DNA from: Squalus acanthias
Lineage: Eukaryota
Assembly (NCBI GenBank): GCA_030390025.1
Contig: JASTWF010000123.1
Location: 682,001 to 746,000, forward strand
Direction of reading: 5' to 3'
DNA: 64,000 nucleotides
Shown: one piece after another, positions 1-12,052 of the stretch
How positions within the stretch are numbered: the first letter of the stretch is position 1
Layout: the number at the start of each line of letters is the position of its first letter
The notes under the pieces: model-generated
What the model was told of the DNA's origin: nothing
Databases searched by the model: none
What the model saw: only the letters and a program-made list of their open reading frames with translations
Program-made: the position numbers and the translations under genes

Positions 1-368
1 AAGATCATCTCTCATTCTTCTAAACTCCAATGAGTATAGGCCCAACCTGCTCAACCTTTCTTCATAAGACAACCCTTTCATCTCTGGAATCAACCTCATG
101 AACCTTCTCTGAACTGCCTCCAGTGCAAGTAGATCCTTCTTTAAATAAGGAGACCAAAACTGTACGCAGTACTCCAGGTGTGGTCTCACCAACGCCCTGT
201 ACAGTTGTAACAGGACTTCCCTACTTTTATACTCCAGCCCCTTTGCAATAAAGGCCAACATTCCATTAGCCTTCCTAATTACTTGCTGTACCTGCATGCT
301 GACTTTTTGTGATTCATGTATAAGGACCCCCAGATCCCTCTGTACCTCAGCATTTTGTAATCTCTCCG
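1..368 (-). mobile_element. CR1 LINE ORF2 3' fragment (continues off window)
   Basis: Near-identical to the CR1 fragments at 38160-38908 and 42532-43280 (LVRPHLEYCVQFWSP motif). Confidence 0.9.
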
Positions 369-2680
369 GGGCTATGTGGAGAGAGTGGAGCTGTAGGATT
401 AGTTTGGGATTGATACAGGGGTATGGGAGAAAGTAGAGCAGTGGGATTAGTTTTGGATTGATACAGGGCTATGGGGAGAGAGTGGAATAGTGGGATTAGT
501 TTTGGATTGATACAGGGCTATGGGGAGACAGTGGAGCAGTGGGATTAGTTTGGAATTGATATAGGGTTATGGGGAGAGAGTGGAGCAGTAGGATTAGTTT
601 TGGATTGATACAGGGCTATGGGGAGAGATTGGAATCGTGGGATTAGTTTGGGATTGATACAGGGCTATGGGGAGAGAGTGGAGCAGTGGGATTAGTTTTG
701 GATTGATACAGGGCTATGGGGAGAGATTGGAATAGTGGGATTAGTTTGGGATTGATACAGGGCTATGGGGAGAGAGTAGAGAAGTCTTCTTCTTAGGCAG
801 TCCCTCGGAACCGAGGATGACTTGCTTCCACATTAAAAATGAGTTCGCAGGTGACTGATGAGTCCAATGCGGGACCTACAGTCTCTGTCACAGGTGGGGC
901 AGAAAGTGGTTGAAGGGGCAGGTGGGTGGGGTGCTTGGGTTGACGTGCGCTCCTTGCGCTGCCTGCGCTTGGCTTTCGCTTGCTCCCGGCGAAGAGACTC
1001 GAGATGTTCGGCGCCTTCCCGGATGCTTCTCCACTTTGTGCGGTCTTGGGCCCGGGAAATACCAGGTGTCGGTGGGGATGTTACACTTTTTCAAGGAGGC
1101 TTTGAGGGTGTCCTTGAAGCATTTCCTCTGCCCACCTGGGGCTCTCTTGCCGTGCCGGAGCTCCGAGTTGGGAGCAGTGGGGTTAGTTTGGGATGGATAC
1201 AGGGCTATGGGGAGAGAGTGGAGCAGTGGGATTAGTTTGGGATTGATACAGGGCTATGGGGAGAGAGTGGAGCAGTGGGATTAGTTTGGAATTGATACAG
1301 GGCTGTGGGGAGAGAGTGGAGCAGTGGGATTAGTTTGGGATTGATACAGGGCTATGGGGAGGGAGCAGGGTAGTCGGATTTCTTTGGAATTGATACAAGG
1401 CTGTGGGGAGAGAGTGGAGCAGTGGAATTAGTTTGGGATTGATACAGGGCTGTGGGGAGACAGTGGAGCAGTGGGATTAGTTTGGATTGATACAGGGCTG
1501 TGGGGAGAGAGTGGAGCAGTGGGATTAGTTTGGGATTGATACAGGGCTGTGGGGAGAGAGTGGAGCAGTGGGATTAGTTTGGGATTGATACAGGGCTGTG
1601 GGGAGAGAGTGGAGCAGTGGGATTAGTTTGGAATTGATACAGGGCTGTGGGGAGAGAGTGGAGCAGTGGGATTAGTTTGGGATTGATACAGGGCTGTGGG
1701 GAGAGAGTGGAGCAGTGGGATTAGTTTGGGATTGATACAGGGCTGTGGGGAGAGATTGGAGCAGTGGGATTAGTTTGGATTGATACAGGGCTGTGGGGAG
1801 AGAGTGGAGCAGTGGGATTAGTTTGGGATTGATACAGGGCTGTGGGGAGAGATTGGAGCAGTGGGATTAGTTTGGAATTGATACAGGGCTGTGGGGAGAG
1901 AGTGGAGCAGTAGGATTAGTTTGGGATTGATACAGGGCTATGGGAGAGAGTGGAGCAGTAGGATTAGTTTGGGATTGATACAGGGCTGTGGGGAGAGAGT
2001 GGAGCAGTGGGATTAGTTTGGGATTGATACAGGGCTGTGGGGAGAGAGTGGAGCAGTAGGATTAGTTTGGGATTGATACAGGGCTATGGGGAGAGATTGG
2101 AGAAGTAGGATTAGTTTGGAATTGATACAGGGCTGTGGGGAGAGAGTGGAGCAGTAGGATTAGTTTGGGATTGATACAGGGCTATGGGAGAGATTGGAGC
2201 AGTAGGATTAGTTTGGGATTGATACAGGGCTGTGGGGAGAGAGTGGAGCAGTGGGATTAGTTTGGAATTGATACAGGGCTGTGGGGAGAGAGTGGAGCAG
2301 TAGGATTAGTTTGGGATTGATACAGGGCTATGGGAGAGATTGGAGCAGTAGGATTAGTTTGGGATTGATACAGGGCTATGGGGAGAGATTGGAGCAGTGG
2401 GATTAGTTTGGAATTGATACAGGGCTGTGGGGAGAGAGTGGAGCAGTAGGATTAGTTTGGGATTGATACAGGGCTATGGGGAGAGAGTGGAGCAGTAGGA
2501 TTAGTTTGGGATTGATACAGGGCTGTGGGGAGAGAGTGGAGCAGTGGGATTAGTTTGGGATTGATACAGGGCTGTGGGGAGAGAGTGGAGCAGTGGGATT
2601 AGTTTGGGATTGATACAGGGCTGTGGGGAGAGAGTGGAGCAGTGGGATTAGTTTGGGATTGATACAGGGCTGTGGGGAGG
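369..2680 (+). repeat. 49-bp G-rich minisatellite, interrupted by an RTE fragment
   Basis: Unit GGGATTAGTTTGGGATTGATACAGGGCTRTGGGGAGAGAGTGGAGCAGT. Confidence 0.97.
784..1168 (-). mobile_element. RTE-clade LINE 3' end
   Basis: Minus strand reads FKDTLKASLKKCNIPTDTW ... CPTCDRDCRSRIGLISHLRTH (C-terminal C2H2), followed by a short UTR and (AAG)n tail. Confidence 0.8.
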
Positions 2681-2720
2681 GAGTATTTGCCAGAAGCCAA
2701 ACCACAAGCAGCTGGTTCAT

Positions 2721-2754
2721 TGTAATAATAACCCATGGCCACTCGGTGGCAGTG
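2721..2754 (+). promoter_or_regulatory. CTCF-like site (weakest of 4 copies)
   Basis: TGGCCACTCGGTGGCAGTG core with TGTAAT 15 nt upstream. Confidence 0.3.
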
Positions 2755-2980
2755 CAACAGCACCAAATGTAGAGGGGCTGCTGGGAATGTCAGTGAAATT
2801 ACAGCACAGGTCGATCCCACTGGGCCAGAGGAGTCTAAGCCAGTGGGAGCTCTTCAACTGAGTCTGTCCGCCTCTAAAAGGGAAGGACAGGGAATGGTTT
2901 AAACAGTTAGTACCTCATTGACAGTGAAGAGCTCTCGAACATCCATAGGATGTGAAAGGCATTTAATAAATATCTTACTG

Positions 2981-3195
2981 TCTCTCTCTCTCTCTCTCTC
3001 TGTTTCTGTCTCTTTCTCTCACACTCTCAGTCTCACTCTGTTCCTTACTCTCACTCTGTGTCTCTCTCTCTCTCTCCTGCTGCCTCTGTCACCTCTCTGG
3101 CTCTCCGTGTGTCTCTCTCTCTGTCTCTCTCTCACTCTCTCTCCCTCTCTCACTCTCCCTCTCACTCTCTCTCCCTCTCTCTTCCTCTGACTCTC
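2981..3195. repeat. CT-rich microsatellite
   Basis: Imperfect (CT)n. Confidence 0.95.
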
Positions 3196-3199
3196 AGGC

Positions 3200-5052
3200 T
3201 GGAAGGAGGGTGTAAGATGGTGGGAGGGTGTAAGATGGTGGGAGGTAAGATGGCGGGAGGGTAAGATGGCGGGAGGGTAAGAACATAAGAAATAGGAGCA
3301 GGAATAGGCCACTTGGCCCCTCGAGCCTGCTCTGCCATTCAATAAGATCGTGGCTGATCTTGTGCTCAAAGCCACTTCCCAGCCCGCTCCCCATAACCCT
3401 TCACTCCCTTATCTTGCAAAAATTTGTCTATCTCCACTTCAAATATATTCAATGACCCAGCCTCCACAGCTCTCCGGGGCAGAGAATTCCACAAATTTAC
3501 GACCCTCTGAGAGAAGAAGTTCCTCCTCATCTCAGTTCTAAAAGGGCGACCCTTTATTCTGAGACTGTGCCCCCGAGTTCTAGATTTCCCCATGAGGGGA
3601 AACATCCTCTCTGCATCTACCCTGTCGAGCCCCCTCAGTATCTTATATGTTTCGATAAGATCACCTCTCATTCTTCTAAATTCCAATGAGTAAGATGGGG
3701 GAAGGATATGTTGGCGGGAGGGTAAGGTGGCGGATGGGTAAGATGGCGGGAGGGTAAGGTGGCGGATGGGTAAGATGGCGGGAGGGTAAGATTGCAGGAG
3801 GGTAAGGTGGCGGGAGGGTAAGATTGCAGGAGGGTAAGGTGGCGGGAGGGTAAGGTGGCGGGAGGGTAAGGCGGTGGGAGGGTAAGGTGGCGGGAGGGTA
3901 AGGTGGCGGGAGGGTAAGGTGGCGGATGGGTAAGGTGGCGGGAGGGTGAGGTGGCGGAGGGTAAGGTGGCGGGAGGGTAAGGTGGCGGATGGGTAAGGTG
4001 GCAGGAGGGTAAGGTGGCGGGAGGGTAAGGTGGCGGAGGGTAAGGTGGCGGGAGGGTAAGGTGGCGGGAGGGTAAGGTGGCGGATGGGTAAGGTGGCGGA
4101 TGGGTAAGGTGGCGGGAGGGTAAGGTGGCGGGAGGGTAAGATTGCAGGAGGGTAAGGTGGCGGGAGGTAAGGTGGCGGGAGGGTAAGGTGGCGGGAGGGT
4201 AAGGTGGCGGATGGGTAAGGTGGAGGGAGGGTAAGGTGGCGGGAGGGTAAGGTGGCGGGAGGGTAAGATGGCGGATGGGTAAGGTGGCGGGAGGGTAAGG
4301 TGGCGGGAGGGTAAGGTGGCGGATGGGTAAGGTGGCGGATGGGTAAGGTGGCGGGAGGGTAAGGTGGCGGAGGGTAAGATTGCAGGAGGGTAAGGTGGCG
4401 GGAGGGTAAGGTGGCGGGAGGGTAAGGTGGCGGGAGGGTAAGGTGGCGGATGGGTAAGGTGGAGGGAGGGTAAGGTGGCGGGAGGGTAAGGTGGCGGGAG
4501 GGTAAGGTGGCGGATGGGTAAGGTGGCGGGAGGGTAAGATTGCAGGAGGGTAAGATTGCAGGAGGGTAAGGTGGCGGGAGGGTAAGGTGGCGGGAGGGTA
4601 AGGTGGCGGGAGGGTAAGGTGGCGGATGGGTAAGGTGGAGGGAGGGTAAGGTGGCGGGAGGGTAAGGTGGCGGAGGGTAAGGTGGCGGGAGGGTAAGGTG
4701 GCGGGAGGGTAAGGTGGCGGGAGGGTGAGGTGGCGGGAGGGTAAGGTGGCGGATAGGTAAGGTGGCGGGAGGGTAAGGTTATTGGAGGGTAAGGTGGCGG
4801 ATGGGTAAGATTGCAGGAGGGTAAGATTGCAGGAGGGTGAGGTGGCGGGAGGGTGAGGTGGCGGGAGGGTAAGGTGGCGGATGGGTAAGATTGCAGGAGT
4901 GTAAGATTGCGGGAGGGTAAGGTGGTGGGAGGGTAAGATTGCAGGAGGGTAAGATGTCGGGAGGGTAAGGTAGCGGGAGGGTAAGGTGGCGGGAGGGTAA
5001 GGTACGGGAGAGTAAGGTACGGGAGCATAAGATTGCAGGAGGGTAAGATGAC
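3200..5052 (+). repeat. 16-bp G-rich minisatellite, interrupted by a CR1 tail
   Basis: Unit GGGAGGGTAAGGTGGC and variants. Confidence 0.97.
3281..3692 (-). mobile_element. CR1 3' fragment
   Basis: EFRRMRGDLIETYKIL..GYGERAGKW plus UTR and TTCTTATG tail. Confidence 0.92.
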
Positions 5053-5054
5053 GT

Positions 5055-5210
5055 CCTCCTCCTTTAAGACGCTCCTTAAAACCTACCTCTTTGACCAAGC
5101 TTTTGGTCATCTGTCCTGATATCTCCTTACGTGGCTCAGTGCCAAATTTTGTTTGATATCGCTCCTATAAGGCACCTTGGGACGTTTTACTGCATTAAAG
5201 GCGTTGTATA
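5055..5210 (+). mobile_element. L2-like LINE 3' end
   Basis: FKTLLKTYLFDQAFGH end; homologous to the 3' end of the L2 at 15515-16678. Confidence 0.7.
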
Positions 5211-5360
5211 AAAGAGAGAGAAAAAGAGCAAATAGAGAGAGAGGGACGATAGAGTGAGACAGAGAGAATAGAGAGACAGAATAGAAAGAGATTGAAATAT
5301 ATATATAGAGAGAGACAGAAATAGAGTGAGAGAGACAGACAGAGAGAAAAGAGAAATATA

Positions 5361-6046
5361 GACCTAGAAACTCGGGGGTTTAGCGGCACCCGTTACCGCC
5401 AGATTCGGGCACAAAATGGCGTCCGCCCCACTACCGCCCGCTGCCGGCAGCGCTGCCGATGTCAGTGATCGTTCGGGATATGTAGATGATGCAGATCGTG
5501 ACGTCAGTGAGTGTGCAACGCTCACCTGACGCCCAAACTGCGAGTTTGAAGTTCGCCGCTCCACTTACCGGCATGCCCGAAGCGACAAGTTGAGCAAGTG
5601 TTGACAAGCAGGAAGGAGGCTCCAGCAGCGGTATTTAAAGAGATCATCAGCAACTACTTGCAGCTGACATATTTGTTCAGTTTGACTGGCTCTGTGCCAC
5701 TTTCTGCAACTCCAGCAGCTTTATTAACTTCTTTTAAGGTTCTAAGGTAACAGAGTGTTGTTGCAAGTGGAGAACACCTTCAATCTTATTTAAAGGCTGC
5801 TGCTCACAACATTTGCTCACAGTCACGGGGGCTCTACTGGCAGTCCCCCGCGCGCTCGAGTATCTTCGGCAGAGGGAGCGGAGGCAGCGAAGAAGATGAG
5901 AAGATGCGCGCAGAGCGAGGAGGAGGAGGGCTCTCAACAGGAGGTCTTACCCACCTAGGGTCTTCTGAGAGCACTTCTCTTAAATCCACTTAAGCGAGGA
6001 GCAGTATATTAGGAGGCTACGCTTCACCAAGGAGGTGGTCACAGCC
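5361..6046 (+). mobile_element. PIF/Harbinger DNA transposon 5' fragment with decayed transposase start
   Basis: TIR-like start GACCTAGAAACTCGG (compare the MITE TIR GGGCTAGAAATTCGG). Peptide RRSYPPRVF..HLSEEQYIRRLRFTKEVVT resembles a HARBI1-like nuclease N-terminus; contains stops. Confidence 0.65.
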
Positions 6047-6510
6047 ACCACAGAAGCCAGTTTTCAGCCAATTCGATTCATTCCACGTGATATCAAGAAA
6101 CGGCTGAGCACACTGGATACAGCAAAGGCTTTGGGCCCCGACAACATCCCGGCTGTCGTGCTGGAGATTTGTGCTCCAGAACTAGTCGCGTCTCTAGCCA
6201 AGCTGTTCCAGTACAGCTATAACACTGGCATCTATCCGACAATGTGGAAAACTGCCCAGGTATGTCCTGTCCAGTTCACAAAAAGCAGGACAAATCCAAT
6301 CCAGTCAATTACCGCCCCATCAGTCTACTCTCAATCATCAGCAAAGTGATGGGAGGTGTCGTCGACAGTGCTGTCAAACAGCACACTTACTCACCAATAA
6401 CCTGCTCACTGATGCCCAGTTTGGGTTCCGTCAGGACCACTCAGCTCCAGAACTCATTACAGCCTTGGTCCAAGCATGAACAAAAGAGCTGAAGTCCAGA
6501 GGTGAGGTGA

Positions 6511-8396
6511 TACATAGATACATAGATACATAGAAGATAGGAGCAGGAGTAGGCCATCCGGCCCTTCGAGCCTGCTCCGCCATTTAATGAGATCATGGCT
6601 GATCCTTCAATTCAGTATCCCGTCCCCGCCTTCTCTCCGTAACCCTTAACCCCTTTTGCCTGTAGAAATATATCTAATTCCCTCTTAAATATATTTAATG
6701 AGCTGGCGTACACTGCCCTCTGTGGCAATGAGTTCCACAGGTTCACCACCCTCTGAGTGAAGAAATTCCCCCTCATTTCTGTCCTAAATGGTTTAGCCCT
6801 TATCCTTAAATTATGTCCTCTAGTTCTGTTCTCACCCGCCAAGGGAAACATTCCTTCTGCATCTAGTCTGTCTAGACCTGTCAGAATTTTATACACTTCT
6901 ATGAGGTCCCCTCTCAATCTTCTAAACTCCAGTGTGTACATCCCTAAACTACATAGTCTCTCCTCATAGGTCAATCCCGCCATTCCTGGTATCAGCCTGG
7001 TGAATCGCCGCTGCACCCCCTCCATGGCAAGAACATCTTTCCTCAGATGAGGCGACCAAAACTGTACACAGTACTCGAGGTGTGGTCTCACCAGTGCCCT
7101 GTACAGCTGCAGCAAGGTATCCCTGTTCCTGTATTCCAACCCTTTTGCTATGAAGGCCAGCATACCGTTTGCCTTCTTGACCGCCTGTTGCACCTGCATG
7201 CTCGCCTTCAGTGACTGGTGTACAAGAACACCCAGGTCTCTCTGTACTTCCCCCTCTCCCAATTTATTGCCATTTAAATAATAATTTGCCCTCCCGTTCC
7301 TGCACCCAAGGTGGATAACTTCGCACTTGTCCACATTATAGTGCATCTGCCATTTATCCGCCCAATCACCCAGTCTGTCCAAATCGCTCTGGAGCTTCCT
7401 GGTCTCCTCCTCTGAGCCCACCCCACCTCCTAGTTTAGTGTCGTCTGCAAATTTGGAAATGCTGCATCCGACTCCCTGATCCAGGTCATTAATGTAAATT
7501 GTGAACAGCTGGGGACCCAGTACAGATCCCTGTGGTACCCCACTTGTTACTGCCTGCCATTCAGAAAATGAGCCGTTTATTCCAACTCTCTGTTTTCTAT
7601 CTGACAGCCAGTTCTCTATCCACGTCAATACTTTCCCCTTTATCCCATGAGCTTCAATTTTCCATGCTAATCTTTTATGTGGGACCTTGTCGAAGGCCTT
7701 TTGGAAGTCCAGGTACACCACATCTACTGGCTCTCCCCCATCTATTTTACCAGTTACTCCCTCAAAAAATTCCAATAGATTAGTCAAGCACGATTTACCC
7801 TTTGTAAATCCATGTTGACTCTGTCCTATCCTGTCCCCATTTGCTAAGTGCTCCGCTATTTCATCCTTAATGATGGACTCCAGCATTTTGCCCACAACTG
7901 ATGTAAGGCTTACAGGTCTGTAATTACCTGCTTTTTCCCTACCCCCCTTTTTGAATAGTGGGGTAACGTTAGCTAGCCTCCAATCCATGGGCACTGTTCC
8001 CGAGTCTAATGAATTCTGAAAAATCATACTTAGTGCATCCGCTATCTCTAGGGCCACCTCCTTCAGTACCCTAGGATGCATGTTATCAGGCCCTGGGGAT
8101 TTGTCCGCCTTCAATCCCTTTAGCTTCCTTAACACCATATCCTTAGAGATATTGATTTGCGTCAGTTCCTCCTTTGCCAATGTCCCTATTTTTCCCGATA
8201 TCCCAGGGAGGTTTTTTGTGTCTTCCTTCGTAAAGACTGACCCAAAGTATGCATTTAGTTGGTCTGCCATTTCCTTATTTCCCATTATATATTCCCCCGT
8301 ATCTGACTGCAATGGACCAACTTTGGTTTTCACCAGTCTTTTCCTCTTGATATACTTATAAAAGCTTTTGGAGTTAGTTTTTATATTTTATATTAT
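6511..8396 (-). mobile_element. 5'-truncated young CR1 LINE with 6-bp TSD AGGTGA
   Basis: AGGTGA at 6505-6510 and 8397-8402; (TCTATGTA)n tail; open RT frame. Confidence 0.95.
6612..8333 (-). CDS. CR1 ORF2 reverse transcriptase portion (573 aa, no endonuclease)
   Basis: Motifs YLDFQKAFDKV, SGVPQGSVLGP and KFADDTK. Confidence 0.85.
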   Translation of the reverse strand: MKTKVGPLQSDTGEYIMGNKEMADQLNAYFGSVFTKEDTKNLPGISGKIGTLAKEELTQINISKDMVLRKLKGLKADKSPGPDNMHPRVLKEVALEIADALSMIFQNSLDSGTVPMDWRLANVTPLFKKGGREKAGNYRPVSLTSVVGKMLESIIKDEIAEHLANGDRIGQSQHGFTKGKSCLTNLLEFFEGVTGKIDGGEPVDVVYLDFQKAFDKVPHKRLAWKIEAHGIKGKVLTWIENWLSDRKQRVGINGSFSEWQAVTSGVPQGSVLGPQLFTIYINDLDQGVGCSISKFADDTKLGGGVGSEEETRKLQSDLDRLGDWADKWQMHYNVDKCEVIHLGCRNGRANYYLNGNKLGEGEVQRDLGVLVHQSLKASMQVQQAVKKANGMLAFIAKGLEYRNRDTLLQLYRALVRPHLEYCVQFWSPHLRKDVLAMEGVQRRFTRLIPGMAGLTYEERLCSLGMYTLEFRRLRGDLIEVYKILTGLDRLDAEGMFPLAGENRTRGHNLRIRAKPFRTEMRGNFFTQRVVNLWNSLPQRAVYASSLNIFKRELDIFLQAKGVKGYGEKAGTGY

Positions 8397-8600
8397 AGGT
8401 GAGAGTGACTGCTCTTGACATCAAGGCAGCATTTGACCAAGTGTGGCATCAAAGAGCCCTGGTAAAACTGAAGTCAATGGGTATCGGGGGGAAAACTCTC
8501 CAATGGCTGGAGTCATACGAAGCACAAAGGAAGATGGTTGTGGTGGTTGGAGGTCAATCATTGCTGCTGGAGTTCCTCAGGGCAGTGTCCTAGGCCCAAC

Positions 8601-10405
8601 CATAGATACATAGATACATAGAAGATAGGAGCAGGAGTAGGCCATTCGGCCCCTCGAGCCTGCTCCGCCATTCGATGAGATCATGGCTGATCATCCAAAC
8701 TCAGTACCCTATACCTGCCTTCTCCCCATATCCCTTGATACCTTTAGCTTGAAGAAATATATCTAACTCATTCTTGAATATGTTCAATGACTTGGCCTCA
8801 ACTACCTTCTGCGGTAGAGAATTCCACAGGTTCACCACTCTCTGGGTGATGAAATTCTTCCTCATTTCTGTCCTAAATGGCTTACCCGTTATCCTTAGAT
8901 TATGACCCCCTGGTTCTGGACTCTCCGACCATCGTGAACATTCTTCCTGCATCTAGTTTGTCCAGACCTGTCAGAATTTTATATGTTTCAATGAGATCCC
9001 CTCTCATTCTTCTATACTCCAGCGAGTATAAGCCCAATCGACCCAATCTCTCCTCATATGTCATTCCTGCCATCCCAGGTATCAGCCTTGTGAATCTTCG
9101 CTGAACTCCTTCCATGGCAAGAACATCCTTCCTCAGATAAGGCGACCAAAACTGCACACAGTACTCAAGGTGTGGTCTCACCAAGGCCCTGTACAACTGC
9201 AGCAGGACATCCCTGTTCCTATACTCAAACCCTTTCGCTATGAAGGCCAACATACCATTTGCCTTCTTCACCGCCTGCTGCACCTGCATGCTTACTTCAG
9301 CGACTGGTGCACAAGGACACCCAGGTCTCGTTGCACTTCCCCTTCTCCCAATCTATTGCCATTCAGATAATAGTCTGCCTTTCTGTTTTTGACACCAAAG
9401 TGGATAACCTCGCACTTATCCACGTTATATTGCATCTGCCACGCTTCTGCCCACTCACCCAACCTGTCCAAATCATCCTGGAGTTTCTCGGTATCCTCCT
9501 CGCAGCACACACGCCCACCCAGCTTTGTGTCATCTGCAAACTTGGAGATATTACATTTAGTTCCCTTATCTAGATCATTAATGTATATTGTGAATAGCTG
9601 GGGTCCAAGGACCGATCCCTGCGGTACCCCACTAGTCACTGCTTGTCACTCGGAAAAAGACCCATTAATTCCTACTCTCTGCTTTCTGTCCGCCAACCAG
9701 TTCTCTATCCATGTCAATACCTTGCCCCCAATCCCATGTGCCTTAACTTTACACGCTAATCTCTTATGCGGGACCTTATCGAAAGCCTTTTGAAAGTCCA
9801 AATACACCACATCTACTGGTTCTCCCTTATCTATTTTCCCAGTTACATCCTCAAAAAATTCCAGTGGATTAGTCAAGCACGATTTACCTTTTGTAAATCC
9901 ATGTTGACTTTGTCCGATCCTGTCACTGTTTTTCAAGTGCTCAGCTATTACATCCTTTATAATGGACTCTAGCATTTTCCCCAATACCGATGTCAGGCTT
10001 ACCGGTCTGTTATTCCCCGCTTTCTCTCTACCACCCTTTTTGAATAGTGGGGTAACATTAGCTACCCTCCAATCCATGGGTACTGTTCCAGATTCCATCG
10101 AATGTTGGAAGATGATCAGCAATGCATCTACTATTTCTAGGGCCACTTCCTTAAGTACCCTAGGATGTAGATTATGCAACCCTGGGTATTTATCGGCCTT
10201 CAATCCCGTCAATTTCCCTAACACCATTTCTCTGCAAATACTGATTTCTTTCAGTTCCTCCCTTTCATCAGACCGTATGTTCTCCAACATCTCTGGGAGG
10301 TTATTTGTGTCCTCCTTTGTGAAGACAGAACCAAAATACGCATTTAATTGGTCTGCCATTTCTTTGTTCCCCATTATAACTTCCCCGCTTCTGACTGCAA
10401 GGGAC
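8601..10405 (-). mobile_element. 5'-truncated CR1 LINE with stops and a frameshift
   Basis: RT motifs split across ORFs 9646-, 9292-, 8900- and 8701-; CR1 tail at 8601. Confidence 0.93.
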
Positions 10406-10419
10406 CTACACTTGATTTC

Positions 10420-11680
10420 AGTATCTGGTCTGGTGTGTATTCCCCCAGTATCTGATCTTGGTGTGTATTCCCCCAGTACCTGGTCCTGGTGTGTATTCCC
10501 CCAGTATCTGGTCCTGGGTTGTATTCCCCCAGTATCTGGTCCTGGTGTGCATTCCTCCAGTATCTGGTCCTGGTGTGTATTCCCCCAATATCTGGTCCTG
10601 GGTTGTATTCCCCCAATATCTGGTCCTGGGGTGTATTCCCCCAGTATCTGGTCCTGGGGTGTATTCCTCCAGTATCTGGTCCTGGGTTGTATTCCCCCAG
10701 TACCTGGTCCTGGTGTGTATTCCCCCAGTATCTGGTCCTGGGTTGTATTCCCCCAGTATCTGGTCCTGATGTGTATTCCCCCAGTATCTGGTCCTGGGGT
10801 GTATTCCTCCAGTATCTGGTCCTGGGTTGTATTCCCCCAGTACCTGGTCCTGGTGTGTATTCCCCCAGTATCTGGTCCTGGGTTGTATTCCCCCAGTATC
10901 TGGTCCTGGTGTGTATTCCCCCAGTATCTGGTCCTGGGGTGTATTCCTCCAGTATCTGGTCCTGGTGTGTATTCCCCCAATATCTGGTCCTGGGTTGTAT
11001 TCCCCCAATATCTGGTCCTGGGGTGTATTCCCCCAGTATCTGGTCCTGGTGTGTATTCTCCCAGTATCTGGTCCTGGGTTGTATTCCCCCAGTATCTGGT
11101 CCTGGTGTGTATTCCCCCAGTATCTGGTCCTGGGTTGTATTCCCCCAGTATCTGGTCCTGGTGTGTATTCCCCCAGTATCTGGTCCTGGGTTGTATTCCC
11201 GCAGTATCTGGTCCTGGGTTGTATTCCCCCAGTATCTGGTCCTGGGTTGTATTCCCGCAGTATCTGGTCCTGGGTTGTATTCCCGCAGTATCTGGTCCTG
11301 GGTTGTATTCCCGCAGTATCTGGTCCTGGTGTGTATTCCCCCAGTACCTGGTCCTGGTGTGTATTCCCCCAGTATCTGGTCCTGGTGTGTATTCCCCCAG
11401 TATCTGGTCCTGGGTTGTATTCCCCCAGTATCTGGTCCTGGTGTGTATTCCCCCAGTATCTGGTCCTGGTGTGTATTCCCCCAGTATCTGGTCCTGGTGT
11501 GTATTCCCCCAGTATCTGGTCCTGGGTTGTTTTCCCCCAGTATCTGGTCCAGGGTTGTATTCCCCCAATATCTGGTCCTGGGGTGTATTCTCCAATATCA
11601 GGTCCTGGTGTGTATTCCCCCAGTATCTGGTCCTGGTGTGTATTCCCCTAGTATCTGGTCCTGGGTTGTATTCCCCCAAT
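10420..11680 (+). repeat. 28-bp minisatellite (degenerate to ~12050)
   Basis: Unit GTATCTGGTCCTGGTGTGTATTCCCCCA. Confidence 0.97.
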
Positions 11681-12052
11681 GACTGTACTGGGTGGATGCC
11701 CTCTTACATGTAACTGAGAACCTCCCCCTATATCTGGTCTTAGTGTATATTCACCCTAAATCTGGTCTTGGGGTGTATTCCCCCAATTACTGAACTTGGG
11801 GATTCCCTCACACAGGTCCTTGGGTGCATTTTCCCAATGCTTGTACTGGGGGTGGGTGTCGGGGTGGTGGTGGTTCCCTCATACACGGGACTGGGAATAT
11901 CCTGCAATATCTGGTCCTGCCTATATTCTCCAAATACTGTTTATACTGGGGTGATTCCTTCCTAAATGGTAATGGGAATCTCCCCATATGTTTGATCCTG
12001 GAATGCATTCCCAAATCACTGTACTTCGGGGGATTCCCTCGTACATGGGACT

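Larger units (their letters stand above)
6047..8603 (+). mobile_element. Decayed LINE RT fragment (CR1/L2 group), split by a younger CR1
   Basis: KALGPDNIP..NYRPISLLSIISKV..VTALDIKAAFDQVWH; uninterrupted homolog at 14762-15342. Confidence 0.85.

Noticed and set aside
3668-5110. 480-aa and 854-aa (47069-49633) Pro-rich, extensin-like ORFs
   Set aside because: Stop-free translation of the 16-bp minisatellite, open in several frames.
8906-8910. Frameshift present in only one duplicate CR1 (C5 versus C4 near 53429)
   Set aside because: Homopolymer indel in a dead element; may be a sequencing error.
9646-11679. Apparent repeat-domain/RT fusion protein
   Set aside because: Chance in-frame junction of the satellite and a truncated CR1, which stops mid-RT.
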